Below are positions 33,167 through 43,569 of a stretch of DNA of 64,000 nucleotides, one piece after another. How positions within the stretch are numbered: the stretch's first letter is position 1; every line of letters begins with the position of its first letter. The notes beneath the pieces were generated by a model. The model was not told the DNA's origin, ran no database searches, and was given only the letters and a program-made list of their open reading frames with translations. The stretch lies in contig CAVPOC010000008.1 in the NCBI GenBank assembly GCA_963706955.1, positions 736,001 through 800,000 on the forward strand, given 5' to 3'. The position numbers and the translations under genes are program-made. This stretch comes from an uncultured Verrucomicrobiae bacterium. GTDB lineage: Bacteria; Verrucomicrobiota; Verrucomicrobiia; Chthoniobacterales; Terrimicrobiaceae.

Positions 33167-34978
33167 TTGGTTAAGTTCAAGAGCTTTTTCGAAAGCTGTC
33201 GAGCCCCCAAGGACGTGTTTGTGGTGGCTCAAAGACGCAAATGCCCGACCGCTGTCGAAGTCCAACGACTTCTGCAGCGTCTGGCCCTCCAATCGCCTCC
33301 CCCTGCGCGCATCCATTGCTTTCTCGGAAGGCGAAATGTTTTCGAAAGCGAGGCCATTCTCGGACTCCTGGAAAAGCGGGGATTCAAGCCAACGTTCTCG
33401 CCGGGAGTCGGTCGTCGTCTCAATGATGAGGAAATCTTTCATCTCGCCAACTTTCTTGACGTGCTGAGAACAAACTATGAATTCGACCAACAGCGCCAGG
33501 ACTATTATCGGCAATGGCGGGACGAGTTGCTAAGTGTCGGACGGAGCGACCGCCAACCCGACGAATTGGGACTAAGGTATGCGGCCCTACCTTTGCCCGC
33601 CCGGCTGTCAAAATTGTTTACTCCCCTAAGGAGAAACGGAACGGCCGCGGAGGCAAATCCGGCCGAATCGGAAATGCTCAAGGCATTCTTCCTAGGACGG
33701 AAGGCGGATGCCCCCTACGGGCCTAGCCGCGAACGCTTGAAATCCGGCGGCTGGCTAAGCACCCATATGTTCTTGCTTCCCGAGCCAGAGGAATGCTCCT
33801 TGATCGAGAGGGCTTTTCAAGCTGGGCAAGAAGCCTCCTCGACCCCAATCGCGCCGGAGCGAATTCTCCTCTGTGGGTGGTACGGAACCGAAACCCTGGG
33901 GGATAAAGCTATTCTAGGCGGTATCCTCGACGTTGTGCGCAAACGATGGCCGGGGGTAGCCGTCGATCTCGCCTCGCTTGAACCGTACGTTTCACGAATG
34001 ACCGTCCGGCAGATGCCCGATCTACGAATAGAGCGCGTGTTGACTCTCGGCGAGGCGTTCGCCACCGTAGCAGCGGCCCAGTACCGTGCGGTGGCCATTG
34101 CCGGAGGACCACTCATGTCGTCCATCCCCTGGTGCACCCATTTGCTCGAAATCTTCGCGGCAGCGAAGCAAGCTGGCACAAAATGCCTGCTTGCCGGTTG
34201 CGGGATAGGCCCGCTCTACGTCGATTACCGAAATGCGGCGATCAAACACTTGCTGGAGCTAGCGGACGAAGTCGTGCTGCGCGATCAAGGATCCGCCCGG
34301 ATCGCCCGCGACGTGCTCAAGGTGGAACGAAAATGTGAGGTCGCGCTCGATCCCGCCTTCATTTGGATCCGTCGGCGCAGCAGATCCTCCGAAAGAGATC
34401 CGAAACAAATCCTGCTCGCGCTTCGGAACTGGCCCATCGAGGAATTTGCAGCCCGGATGGAACGAACTCAGGCCGAGCAAATCAAGGCTGCTTATGAGAA
34501 GCAACTCATCCTGATGATAGATGAGATACTCCGTATCGACCCCGCAATCAGGCTGGTCCCTTTCTGCATGCATAAATATGCCGTCGGGGGCGACGATCGC
34601 ATTTTCTACAGACGTCTCCTGATTCGATTCCCTGACATACTTTCACGGTTAGACAATCGGCACAGAACCCCGCTCGAGGACCTCCATCTCATCGCCCGCA
34701 GTCGTGCTGTGCTGGCGATGCGCTTTCATAGCGTTGTCTTTTCACTCGCCACGAACACGCCGTTTCTGGCGGTGGACTACACCCTCGGCGGCAAGATCGC
34801 GGGACTTCTCGGCGACGTGAAGGCACTACCCTCACTGATTCCTATAGATCGCTTTGACGGCGCGAGCACTGCGGAGCGGTTGTTAGCTCTCACAGAGCCG
34901 ACGACTGACCTTTCCGCGCACATTGGGGCGACAGAATCTGCAATCAACAAATGCCTTGCCAGCGCCTTCGGCGGTTGA
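33167..34978 (+). CDS. Polysaccharide pyruvyltransferase-family protein with an extra N-terminal domain (paralog 1)
   Basis: GWYGTETLGDKAIL, GCGIGPL, VLRDQGS, AMRFHSVVF. Confidence 0.85.
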   Translation: MVKFKSFFESCRAPKDVFVVAQRRKCPTAVEVQRLLQRLALQSPPPARIHCFLGRRNVFESEAILGLLEKRGFKPTFSPGVGRRLNDEEIFHLANFLDVLRTNYEFDQQRQDYYRQWRDELLSVGRSDRQPDELGLRYAALPLPARLSKLFTPLRRNGTAAEANPAESEMLKAFFLGRKADAPYGPSRERLKSGGWLSTHMFLLPEPEECSLIERAFQAGQEASSTPIAPERILLCGWYGTETLGDKAILGGILDVVRKRWPGVAVDLASLEPYVSRMTVRQMPDLRIERVLTLGEAFATVAAAQYRAVAIAGGPLMSSIPWCTHLLEIFAAAKQAGTKCLLAGCGIGPLYVDYRNAAIKHLLELADEVVLRDQGSARIARDVLKVERKCEVALDPAFIWIRRRSRSSERDPKQILLALRNWPIEEFAARMERTQAEQIKAAYEKQLILMIDEILRIDPAIRLVPFCMHKYAVGGDDRIFYRRLLIRFPDILSRLDNRHRTPLEDLHLIARSRAVLAMRFHSVVFSLATNTPFLAVDYTLGGKIAGLLGDVKALPSLIPIDRFDGASTAERLLALTEPTTDLSAHIGATESAINKCLASAFGG

Positions 34979-35139
34979 TGACGCCGGCAGGTCCTGAGCA
35001 AGGTTGGAGCGGTTGGTCCGCGAGAGGAAAATCCGACTCTCTTCTAAGCCATCCCGAGTCGGCAGGTGCGCGAAGGTTCACGTCAACGACCGAATTCGTT
35101 CGACTGTCTGATGTTCGTGGCAAGTCGGAGCGTGGCGCT

Positions 35140-37005
35140 ATGATCCTGTTTCGGCTCTCTGAGCTTGGCGAGAAGTTGCAGTCTGCCCGGACGCTGCTCG
35201 CGAGGAGTCTTCGTTTGGGGACTCGTGGCAAGGCTGTCCGGATTCTTCCTGGTCGGTCGTTGCGCCACCGTTATCGAAATCAAGCGCCTGACGGAATCAC
35301 TCGCCAAACAATCGCCGTCTCCTCATCTCCATTGCTTCATCGGAAAGCGAAACGTTTTTGATTGCGAGGCCATCCTGGGACTTCTCGAAGAGGGGCAACT
35401 CTCCTTCTCTTTCTCGCCAAGCAACGGCCCGCGCTTGAATCAAGAAGAGATCTACCATCTTGTCGCGTTCTTAGAAATCCTGATCCACGAAAACAAGACC
35501 GCGGAGGTCCGACGCAAGTTCTATCGGGAATGGCAAAGAGATTTGCTGACAACCGGCGGGCAAACTCCGGGCGTCTCAGATGTCTTGCTTGAGAGCTCGA
35601 CAGACCCGACGAGTGACGTCCCCTTTCCGGATGAGACTTCGGTTACTGATAGGCTTTCTACGGTGCTCGGAGAAGCGAACTTCGATCCAAACCGAATGCC
35701 AGTGCCTCCATGGACAACGCGCGAGCGGCTGTTGCACGAAGGCTGGTTTGGAATGGCGATCCCGACAGTTGACGAGGAAGAGGAGAAAAAGCTGATCGCG
35801 CACGCGTTCGCCTTCGCCAAGAGTGCGACGCCGTCTGCCCAGCCGCGGCCTGCCCGTTTGCTGATTTGCGGATGGTACGGAACCGAGACTCTTGGCGATA
35901 AGGCAATCCTCGGTGGCGTGATCATTGCCGCAAGGAAGAGATCTCCCTCGTCTTGCGATCGATGTGGCGTCGCTGGAACCATACGTGACCAAAGAGACGT
36001 CACGGCAAATGCCAGACCTCCGGATTGGCAGGGTCCTGAGTTTCGGAGAAGCGCTTGCGGGAATTCTGAAGGAACGAGTTTGCGGCCATCGCCGTCGTCG
36101 GTCCGTTAATGTCCTCAATCCGTCGTTGTACACACCTCTTTGAACTCTTTGCGGCAGCCAAAATTTCCGGAACAAAAGCCATTGTCGCTGGCTGCGGCGT
36201 GGGCCCGCTTCAGGTTGAGCATCGCAACGCAGCGATCAAGCACATGCTTGAGCTCGCGGACGAGGTTGTTCTGCGCGACACAGCCTCCGCGGAGCTAGCT
36301 CGGACCAAGCTCGACGTGAAGCGCCCCTATGTCGTCGCGCCGGATGCCGCCTTTCTCTGGATTCGTCGGCAAAAGCCCCTTTCCGTGGAGAGAGACAACC
36401 GGCGCGTGCTACTGGCATTGCGCGACTGGCCATTGAACGAGTTTGGGGCAGGGATCGACCCCTCAACGGCGGCAAACGTCAAAGAACGCTACGAAGCCGA
36501 GTTGGTAGAAATGATACGTGAACTCCATCGCCTGGAACCCTCTCTGCAAATCGTTCCCTTCTGCATGCACAAGTATTTTGTGGGCGGCGACGACAGAAAG
36601 TTCTATCGAAGGTTGCTGAAGGGGTTTCCCCAAATTTGGCTGCGACTGGACGATCGGCACCGCCCTCCGGCGGAGGATCTTCGCTTTTTTGCAACCAGCC
36701 GAGCCGTGCTGGCGATGCGTTTTCACAGCGTTGTATTCTCACTGGCAACTAATACCCCGTTCTTGGCAGTTGATTATACGATGGGAGGGAAAATTGCCGG
36801 CTTGCTCAGCGACGTGGGCGCACCTGAGCTTATCAGGAGCATCGCGGATTTCGATGGAAGGTCGACGGCAAGTGCGTTGCTTAGCGCAGAGACCACTCGG
36901 CGGGATCCGGACGAATTGGCCAAGGCAGTCGAAACCGCTTTGGATGAGGCTTTCGACCGATGCTTTCGGGACGGACGCGAGTCGTATCGAACGACGACAG
37001 AATAA
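35140..37005 (+). CDS. Polysaccharide pyruvyltransferase-family protein (paralog 2); frameshifted
   Basis: Same motifs (GWYGTETLGDKAIL, GCGVGPL, AMRFHSVVFSLATNTPFLAVDY) across ORFs 35165..36109, 35925..36143 and 36109..37005. Confidence 0.82.
36799..36953 (+). repeat. 155-bp direct repeat, copy 1 (3' end of pyruvyltransferase 2)
   Basis: ggcttgctcag..tcgatggaaggtcgacggcaagtgcgttgcttagcg..cggcgggatccggacgaatt is shared with 38155-38309. Confidence 0.93.
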
Positions 37006-37274
37006 GAGATGGACCCACTGGATTTGACCGGACGAGATACGTTCGGAAGTTTTGCTTTCATGCCACCTGGGCCTCGAGGGGGAACGAGCGATTTCGAGTT
37101 GTTCTTGATCTGCAACCAGCCGTTTGATTTGAAACCCTTGGCCGACCTCTTGCTTATCTCAATCAACATATCAATTCCCTAAAATCACCCCTCTCGTTGG
37201 GGACGTATCTCGTCTTGATTCCGCAGATCGCATCTTGAACACCGCTTCCGCCAACGCTCGCACACGCTAAAACT

Positions 37275-38140
37275 GTGAACGCTATCGTAACCCTTGCACT
37301 CGGTGAGACGTCACCTAAGCGCTTGGCGACGCTTTTGTGAGCCCGGATGGCGCGAGTACGCAAGACGCCAAGGATTCCAATTAATATGTCTGGAGCAGCC
37401 GCTTGACACATCGGAGCGAGCGACGGCTCGTTCACCCGCATGGCAAAAATGTTTGGTGGCAAGTCAGTCATTTGCCGCCAATTACGAGCAAATCGCCTGG
37501 GTTGACGTAGACATCCTTATCAACGGGGAGACCTCGCCGAGCATTTTCGCCGGCGTCTCTCTCGATAAGGTTGGTGCAGTCGAGGCTTGGTATGGTCGGA
37601 TCCCCGAATTACGCGAGCAAATCATTACGAGACGAAATGAAGAGCTCCCTTCAACTAATAAGATGCTCGATAATAACGCCCCTGCAGATTATTATGCGCG
37701 GTATGGTCTTTCCCCGCTTTTCGACTTGGTCGTTCAGACCGGTGTGCTCGTCTTTTCCCTCGCTGCACATCGCGCGGTTTTTGAGAAAACGTACGTACGA
37801 ATACGAGGAACGCGGCGGGCGGGAATGGAACTTCGAGATGCGCCCGCTTTCCTACGAACTGCTAAAAGCGGACCTGGTTCATTGGATTGACCATCGGTTC
37901 AATGCCGTTTGGAAGAACATTAAATGTCTTCACTATCCCTTTTTGACGTTCCGCCACAAGAGCAGTTTTGTGCTTCGTGTGCAAAAGAGGTTATCCCGTG
38001 AGCTAGGCTTTCACTATCGGAAGCGCCTTGCGCGGCACTGCGCAACCGCGGCGTTTCAGAACAATTACTTTCTGCATTTTGCAGGCGCTTTTCACGAGAT
38101 CGGGCTCGTCGAACAACCCTCCCGCTGTCGCGGCGCCTGA
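37275..38140 (+). CDS. GT-A fold glycosyltransferase-like protein; frameshifted
   Basis: MNAIVTLALG start, RSPAWQKCL, DxD motif WVDVDILIN, VQTGVLV, IDHRFNAVW, FLHFAG. Confidence 0.7.
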
Positions 38141-38154
38141 AACAATGGGCGACT

Positions 38155-38349
38155 GGCTTGCTCAGTGACGTGGGCGCAACTGAGCTTATCAGGAACATCG
38201 CGAATTTCGATGGAAGGTCGACGGCAAGTGCGTTGCTTAGCGTCGAGACCTCTCGGCGGGATCCGGACGAATTTGCCATGGCAGTCGAAGCCGCTTTGGA
38301 GGGAGCTTTTGTTCGAACTCTGCAAAATGGATCTGCCAGAAGGAACTGA
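38155..38349 (+). pseudogene. Orphan duplicate of the pyruvyltransferase C-terminus (repeat copy 2)
   Basis: LLSDVGATELIRNIANFDGRSTASALLSVETSRRDPDE versus LLSDVGAPELIRSIADFDGRSTASALLSAETTRRDPDE. Confidence 0.85.
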
Positions 38350-38355
38350 TCGAAG

Positions 38356-39616
38356 GTGAAGGTGGCCTTAATGATGCAGGGTAATGGGACGAGCTGGATT
38401 GGGGGCACAGAGGACATCAGAAACCTCGTTGTTTCGTGTGGCAACCTGCCCCCGGAGGAACGATCAGATATCGAGCTGCGTCTGATTTGCGATGAATCAT
38501 TCGACGCACAGAAGCCTCGCCGATCTCGCCCCGTATCTCGGGCGAACCTATCAATTCCCCAGCGACCTTCCCCCACCAGACCTCTCCCCACCAGAGCTTC
38601 CGCCTTCACCCAGTAGCCGAATCGCCGGTCTCCTCTCACCCTTTCGAAAGCATACGCCGCCGGCCAAACCCTCTACGCAGCCCAATGCGCAGATGGCCGA
38701 TTTCCTCGCGCGAGAACGAATCGACTTTCTCTATCCGGTGATATTTCACCGCTATCAATTGCCAATCGGAGAGACGCTGGGAGCTTGCCGCTGGGCCGGA
38801 TGGCTTCCGGACTTTCAACATCGCCACTTGCCGCAATACTTTGATCCCAACGCGCTCACCCGCAGAGAGGCGGGCCTGAATGTGTTCTTCAGTGATGCCC
38901 GGACCATTGTCTTCAGCAGCCACAATGCGGCGACCGATTACAAGCGGTTCTACCCGGCTGCGACCGCCCAAGCTGAGGTCTTGCATTTTCATACTTTTCC
39001 GCCCGATAGCTGGTATGAGGGAGATCCGTTAGAGGTTCAGCGCACATTTCATCTCCCAGACAAGTTTATCCTCGTCAGCAATCAGCTTTGGCAGCACAAG
39101 AACCACCTCGAGCTCTTTGAGGCACTGGCTTTGTTGAGTTCCGCCAGATCCTCCGATCTGCCTCATATCGTTTGCACGGGCTATCCGGCAGATGAACGGA
39201 ATCCAAACCACATCAATCACTGTCTGCGTGCCGTTCATGAATTAGGCCTTGCACAGCAAGTGAGCATCCTCGGATTGATCGAGCGGGCGGAGCAGATCCA
39301 ACTCCTTCGCAGATGTGTTGCAGTAGTCCAACCCTCGCTCTTCGAAGGCTGGAGTACGATTGTGGAAGACGCTCGTGTTTTTGGGAAAAGAATTTTGATG
39401 TCCGACATCGCGGTTCACAAGGAGCAAAACCCCCCGAACGGTCTATACTTCGAGCACGCGTCTCGACGCTCACTGGCGGATCGGCTGGATGAGGTCTGGA
39501 AGACGGGGATTCCCGGTCCTGACTTAGAAAAAGAGACCGAAGCACGCACCAAAGCCATCGAGAAGGCCCACGCTTACGCGCGCAGTTTCTTAAGCCTTGC
39601 GCGGAATGCGCCGTGA
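38356..39616 (+). CDS. GT4 glycosyltransferase; frameshift near 38500
   Basis: MKVALMMQGNGTSWIGG, WLPDFQH, NQLWQHKNH, PSLFEGWSTIVEDA, SDIAVHKEQ. Confidence 0.9.
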
Positions 39617-39719
39617 AGCACCCACTCCACTTTTCGATCCATCAGCAGGGAGTTTCCCGTTGACGAAACACATCGTGAAGTGCCCCCGAAATCGCACTCG
39701 GTAACGATTCCGAGAGGGT

Positions 39720-40898
39720 ATGACTATTTCGACTAGCACCAAACCGACGAAAGAGGCGGTCACTCGCTCGGACTTGCGAGTGCTTTTTCTTTACCCTCCC
39801 GGTCGCCTGAGTCGTTTGCAGAAAGCCCGCGCCGGGCGAGTCCCGACGGAGTTTTTCTTTGGCGGAGTTGAAATGGAAAAGGCCGGCTTTCACATCGAGC
39901 ACCGCGAGATCGAGCTGAAGGCCTGGCAGCCACTGGCTCTTCCCAGTCTCGACGCATGGATTTGCCGCGTTTTTAGAGACGCCGATGAACTCACGGGCAG
40001 GGGCATCCGTGCAGCTCGTTCCCTGCTCAGGGACGCGCCGGCGGCAGACTGCATAGTAGTTGTCGAGGAGTTTCTCGCTGCCGGATTGGCCTTTTGGGCT
40101 CTCTTGCGCCAGGCGAAGGTCCCAATCGTATCCATTCGAAGCCGCCTTTCGTGGCTTGCTCCTTCGACAGGACTAGCGCGGATGATTATCGGCACGCTTC
40201 TTCGACAGGAGCATAACGTGGTCATCAGCCCTGTTGAAGCCGACATCGGTCAAAGGCGCTTCTCACTCAACTCGCAGCACCTCTCATTTCACACCTTCGG
40301 CGTGGATGTCCAATTTTGGAAGCCCGGAACTGCAGCTCAAGAATTTGTGCTCTGCGTGGGAGACTCGTTTCGCGACCATCGGACTTTGCTTCGGGCGGCG
40401 GAAGAGATCGATGCTCCCGTGCTGATCGTTTCTGGCCAAAAGCTTCCGGAGCCCATTCCCGCGAATGTCACCGTTCGGACGGGAAGCTGGCGAAAAGAAT
40501 ACCTAAGCGACGAAGAATTGCGCGACCTGTATTGGCGCGCGATGTGCGTCGTCATTCCTCTGGAGGACCATCCAATGCCTATCGGGCAGAGCGTCTGTCT
40601 CCAGGCACTCGCGTGTGCTAAGGCGGTAGTCATGACCCGCACCAAAGGATTGTGGTCTCCGCACCTCAAGGACGGAATTAACCTCCTGATGGTCGATCCT
40701 CAGGACAGATCCGGCCTCGCCTCTCAAGTAAATCGCCTGCGTCTTGACCCCGCGCTGGCGTCCCGACTTGGGCAGGCTGGTCGCGAGACCGTCTGCCGGC
40801 ATTTCCGAATCACCGACTTCGCTGCACGTTTGCAACAGACATGCCAGACTCTCGTCGATAATGCCAGGAGCAGGCGTCGGCTACTCTCTCGAGCTTAA
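39720..40898 (+). CDS. GT4 glycosyltransferase
   Basis: FGVDVQFW, RDHRTL, VVIPL..GQSVCLQALACAKAVV. Confidence 0.88.
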   Translation: MTISTSTKPTKEAVTRSDLRVLFLYPPGRLSRLQKARAGRVPTEFFFGGVEMEKAGFHIEHREIELKAWQPLALPSLDAWICRVFRDADELTGRGIRAARSLLRDAPAADCIVVVEEFLAAGLAFWALLRQAKVPIVSIRSRLSWLAPSTGLARMIIGTLLRQEHNVVISPVEADIGQRRFSLNSQHLSFHTFGVDVQFWKPGTAAQEFVLCVGDSFRDHRTLLRAAEEIDAPVLIVSGQKLPEPIPANVTVRTGSWRKEYLSDEELRDLYWRAMCVVIPLEDHPMPIGQSVCLQALACAKAVVMTRTKGLWSPHLKDGINLLMVDPQDRSGLASQVNRLRLDPALASRLGQAGRETVCRHFRITDFAARLQQTCQTLVDNARSRRRLLSRA

Positions 40899-41188
40899 CC
40901 GTTTTGAGAGTGTCGCTCTCCCACTCGCACAACAAGGGATGTTTGGTCCTTCGGTATTCCGAGACGCCCGCGAGGGCCAAGAAAGCGAGTCAGTTGAAGC
41001 TAAGTGCGAGTGGTGGCCTATCGCGGTGCGGAAACACGCTAGCCGATGAGAACCGTCCGGGCAGTTGCGATGGCCAAAGATAAGGCGAGCTCGGAGAGAC
41101 TCTCTCGCGCTGGGTGCGGCCAATGGCTAGCAGCAGTCTCTTCCTGCGAAAAGAGAGCCGTTGCCGACCCTTATCACTGCACGAGAAA

Positions 41189-42514
41189 ATGAAAATTGGC
41201 ATTCTTGATCAGACGTGTGCGGGATGGTCAGGCGGCGCCAGCTATACCCGCATCCTTCTTGCGAGTCTCGCAGCCACTCGGGCGAACGGTAGTGCCGACG
41301 CCGACCCCGCCAGCCTACCCCACGACAACAGGCTGGTCTTTCTCACCAGGGGAGGAAACATCGGACCTCCGGATCGAGTTCAGAGCGCGTGCTTCGCATC
41401 GGTGCTGCAGGCCTACATAACCAGCGGCCGGGTTTCCGAGTTCGGCTTCGATGTGGTCCTTCCGGTGCGGGACAATGCTGTTCACGATATTCCCACCGCC
41501 AAAGTGGGCTGGATTCCTGACTTTCAACATTATCGGCTTCCCGAGCTGTTTTCGTTGAAGGATCTGGCGGCGCGAGATGCACTATTTGATACCATCGCTG
41601 GCGATTGTGAGCTCGTTATTGTCTCAAGCGAGAGCGCGCGAGAGGACTTTGAGACGTTCCTGCCTCTTTTTGCCGAAAAGGCGCGCGTCCTTCCTTTTCC
41701 ATCCATTCTCTGGGCAGCCTCGCTTACTGAAGATCCGCAACGGGTTGTTCTCAACTATCATTTGCCCGCGAAATACGGGTTCGTGGCCAATCAATTCTGG
41801 CGCCATAAGAATCATTCCGTGCTCCCGGATGCGCTTTCGATCTTGAAACGTCAGGGGATCGAGCTGCCGCTGGTCTTAACCGGTTTGCCGACAGACTATC
41901 GAGACACCGAGAATCAACACCTCTCGGAATTCTTCCAGGCGTGCGCTCGTCTCGGTGTCGGGAATCAGGTGCACTTCCTCGGGCATCTACCCTATTGGGA
42001 CATGATCTCGCTCATGCGCTGCGCCGCCGTGGTCATTCAACCTTCTCGCTTCGAAGGCTGGAATACCAGCGTGGAGGACGCCAAAGCGCTCGGCCGGCCT
42101 CTCCTTTGTTCAGATATTCCCGTCCACCGGGATCAAGCCCCAGAAGCACTCGGCTTTTTCGAAGCCACCTCCTCGGAACAGCTCGCTCACCTTCTGAGCG
42201 CATCCTTTCCGCATTTGGATCCCGGGCCGTCGCCGCTTTCCGAAGCGAGCGCGCTGGCGCAAAGCAGGGCGCGAGCTCTCCAGTTCGGACGTTCACTCCT
42301 TTCGATTGCACAAGAGGCTTATTCTCTTAGACCTCCGCGTGTCGCCAGCTACCCGCCGGTCCTTACCAAAGTGCATGAGCCGGTAAGGATCGCTAATAAG
42401 CCAGATCCCACCACCGAACTTAACCAGAAGAGCGCTGGCCGGACCCGCACCTATCTCGAGGCAAAAGCGCGATCATCTACGCTATATCGTTGGCAAGTTT
42501 TCTTTCCATATTAG
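41189..42514 (+). CDS. GT4 glycosyltransferase, possibly fused to the next GT2 across a frameshift
   Basis: WSGGASY, WIPDFQH, NQFWRHKNH, PSRFEGWNTSVEDA. Confidence 0.88.
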   Translation: MKIGILDQTCAGWSGGASYTRILLASLAATRANGSADADPASLPHDNRLVFLTRGGNIGPPDRVQSACFASVLQAYITSGRVSEFGFDVVLPVRDNAVHDIPTAKVGWIPDFQHYRLPELFSLKDLAARDALFDTIAGDCELVIVSSESAREDFETFLPLFAEKARVLPFPSILWAASLTEDPQRVVLNYHLPAKYGFVANQFWRHKNHSVLPDALSILKRQGIELPLVLTGLPTDYRDTENQHLSEFFQACARLGVGNQVHFLGHLPYWDMISLMRCAAVVIQPSRFEGWNTSVEDAKALGRPLLCSDIPVHRDQAPEALGFFEATSSEQLAHLLSASFPHLDPGPSPLSEASALAQSRARALQFGRSLLSIAQEAYSLRPPRVASYPPVLTKVHEPVRIANKPDPTTELNQKSAGRTRTYLEAKARSSTLYRWQVFFPY

Positions 42515-42639
42515 CTGGTGGCTAAACCATCCGCATCACAGCTGGCACCGTCTGCATGAGCTGAGGCATCCTCTCTTTCACCTCATTACTAGCTATCATC
42601 GAATCACTTGGAGTTCTCCGGCAGTACACCCCCCGGCCG

Positions 42640-43461
42640 GTGCGGCTGGAGCGATTCCCAACGAGGTGGCTTGCAGGCGACCGTTGCCCAACTATTTCCA
42701 TCGTTACACCGACCTTTAATCAGGGCCATACATTAATCGAGACGATCCGAAGTGTTATAAGTCAGGATTATCCAGGTCTCGAGTACGCTGTTGTCGATGG
42801 CGGATCCAGCGATGAAACGAAAGACGTTTTAGCCAAGTTCAAGTCGAATTTGTCTTATTGCGTGAGTGAACCCGACCGCGGACAGGCCGATGCAATCGTC
42901 AAGGGATTCCGGCACTCGCAGGGAGAAATCATGGCCTATCTGAATTCTGACGATCTGCTCTTGCCCGGAGCTCTCTCGTTCGTCGGTCGCTACTTTGCAA
43001 CACATCCGAAGATCGATGTCATTTATGGACATCGCATCGTCGTCGATGAGAATGGCGCTGAAGTGGGACGTTGGATCCTGCCGCCGCATGATGCCAAGGC
43101 CATCCGCCATTTCGATTATATTCCTCAGGAGACATTATTCTGGAGACGCTCGATCTATGAGACAGTCGGAGGGTTAAATCCTGCCTTTCACTTCGCAATG
43201 GATTGGGATCTGTTGCTGCGCTTTATCGCTGCAAAAGCGAGATTTGCGAGAGTCCCTTACTTTCTGGCATGCTTCCGAGTTCATCAGAACCAAAAAACGC
43301 ATACGCTATTGAACAGCGTCGGCGAAAGGGAGCGGGTTCGTCTGTTGATGCGCGAACATCCCGAAGGATACGACGCCAAGTCAGTGCAAAAGATGCAGGA
43401 TTGGTATCGTCTGCATTCCAGCATATGCGCCGCTCTCCTTAGGGTCGGAATACGCTACTAA
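42640..43461 (+). CDS. GT2 glycosyltransferase (WfgS-like)
   Basis: ISIVTPTFNQ, VDGGSSD, YLNSDD, PQETLFWRR, MDWDL. Confidence 0.92.
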   Translation: MRLERFPTRWLAGDRCPTISIVTPTFNQGHTLIETIRSVISQDYPGLEYAVVDGGSSDETKDVLAKFKSNLSYCVSEPDRGQADAIVKGFRHSQGEIMAYLNSDDLLLPGALSFVGRYFATHPKIDVIYGHRIVVDENGAEVGRWILPPHDAKAIRHFDYIPQETLFWRRSIYETVGGLNPAFHFAMDWDLLLRFIAAKARFARVPYFLACFRVHQNQKTHTLLNSVGERERVRLLMREHPEGYDAKSVQKMQDWYRLHSSICAALLRVGIRY

Positions 43462-43569
43462 AGTCCGTTTTCGCCAACTCTTAGCATCCATTAAAATGGC
43501 TGCCGTTCATGGCTCCTCAGCAACGATTTTCTTAAGGGTCCACTTCGAGCACGACCTATCCGCGACTTC

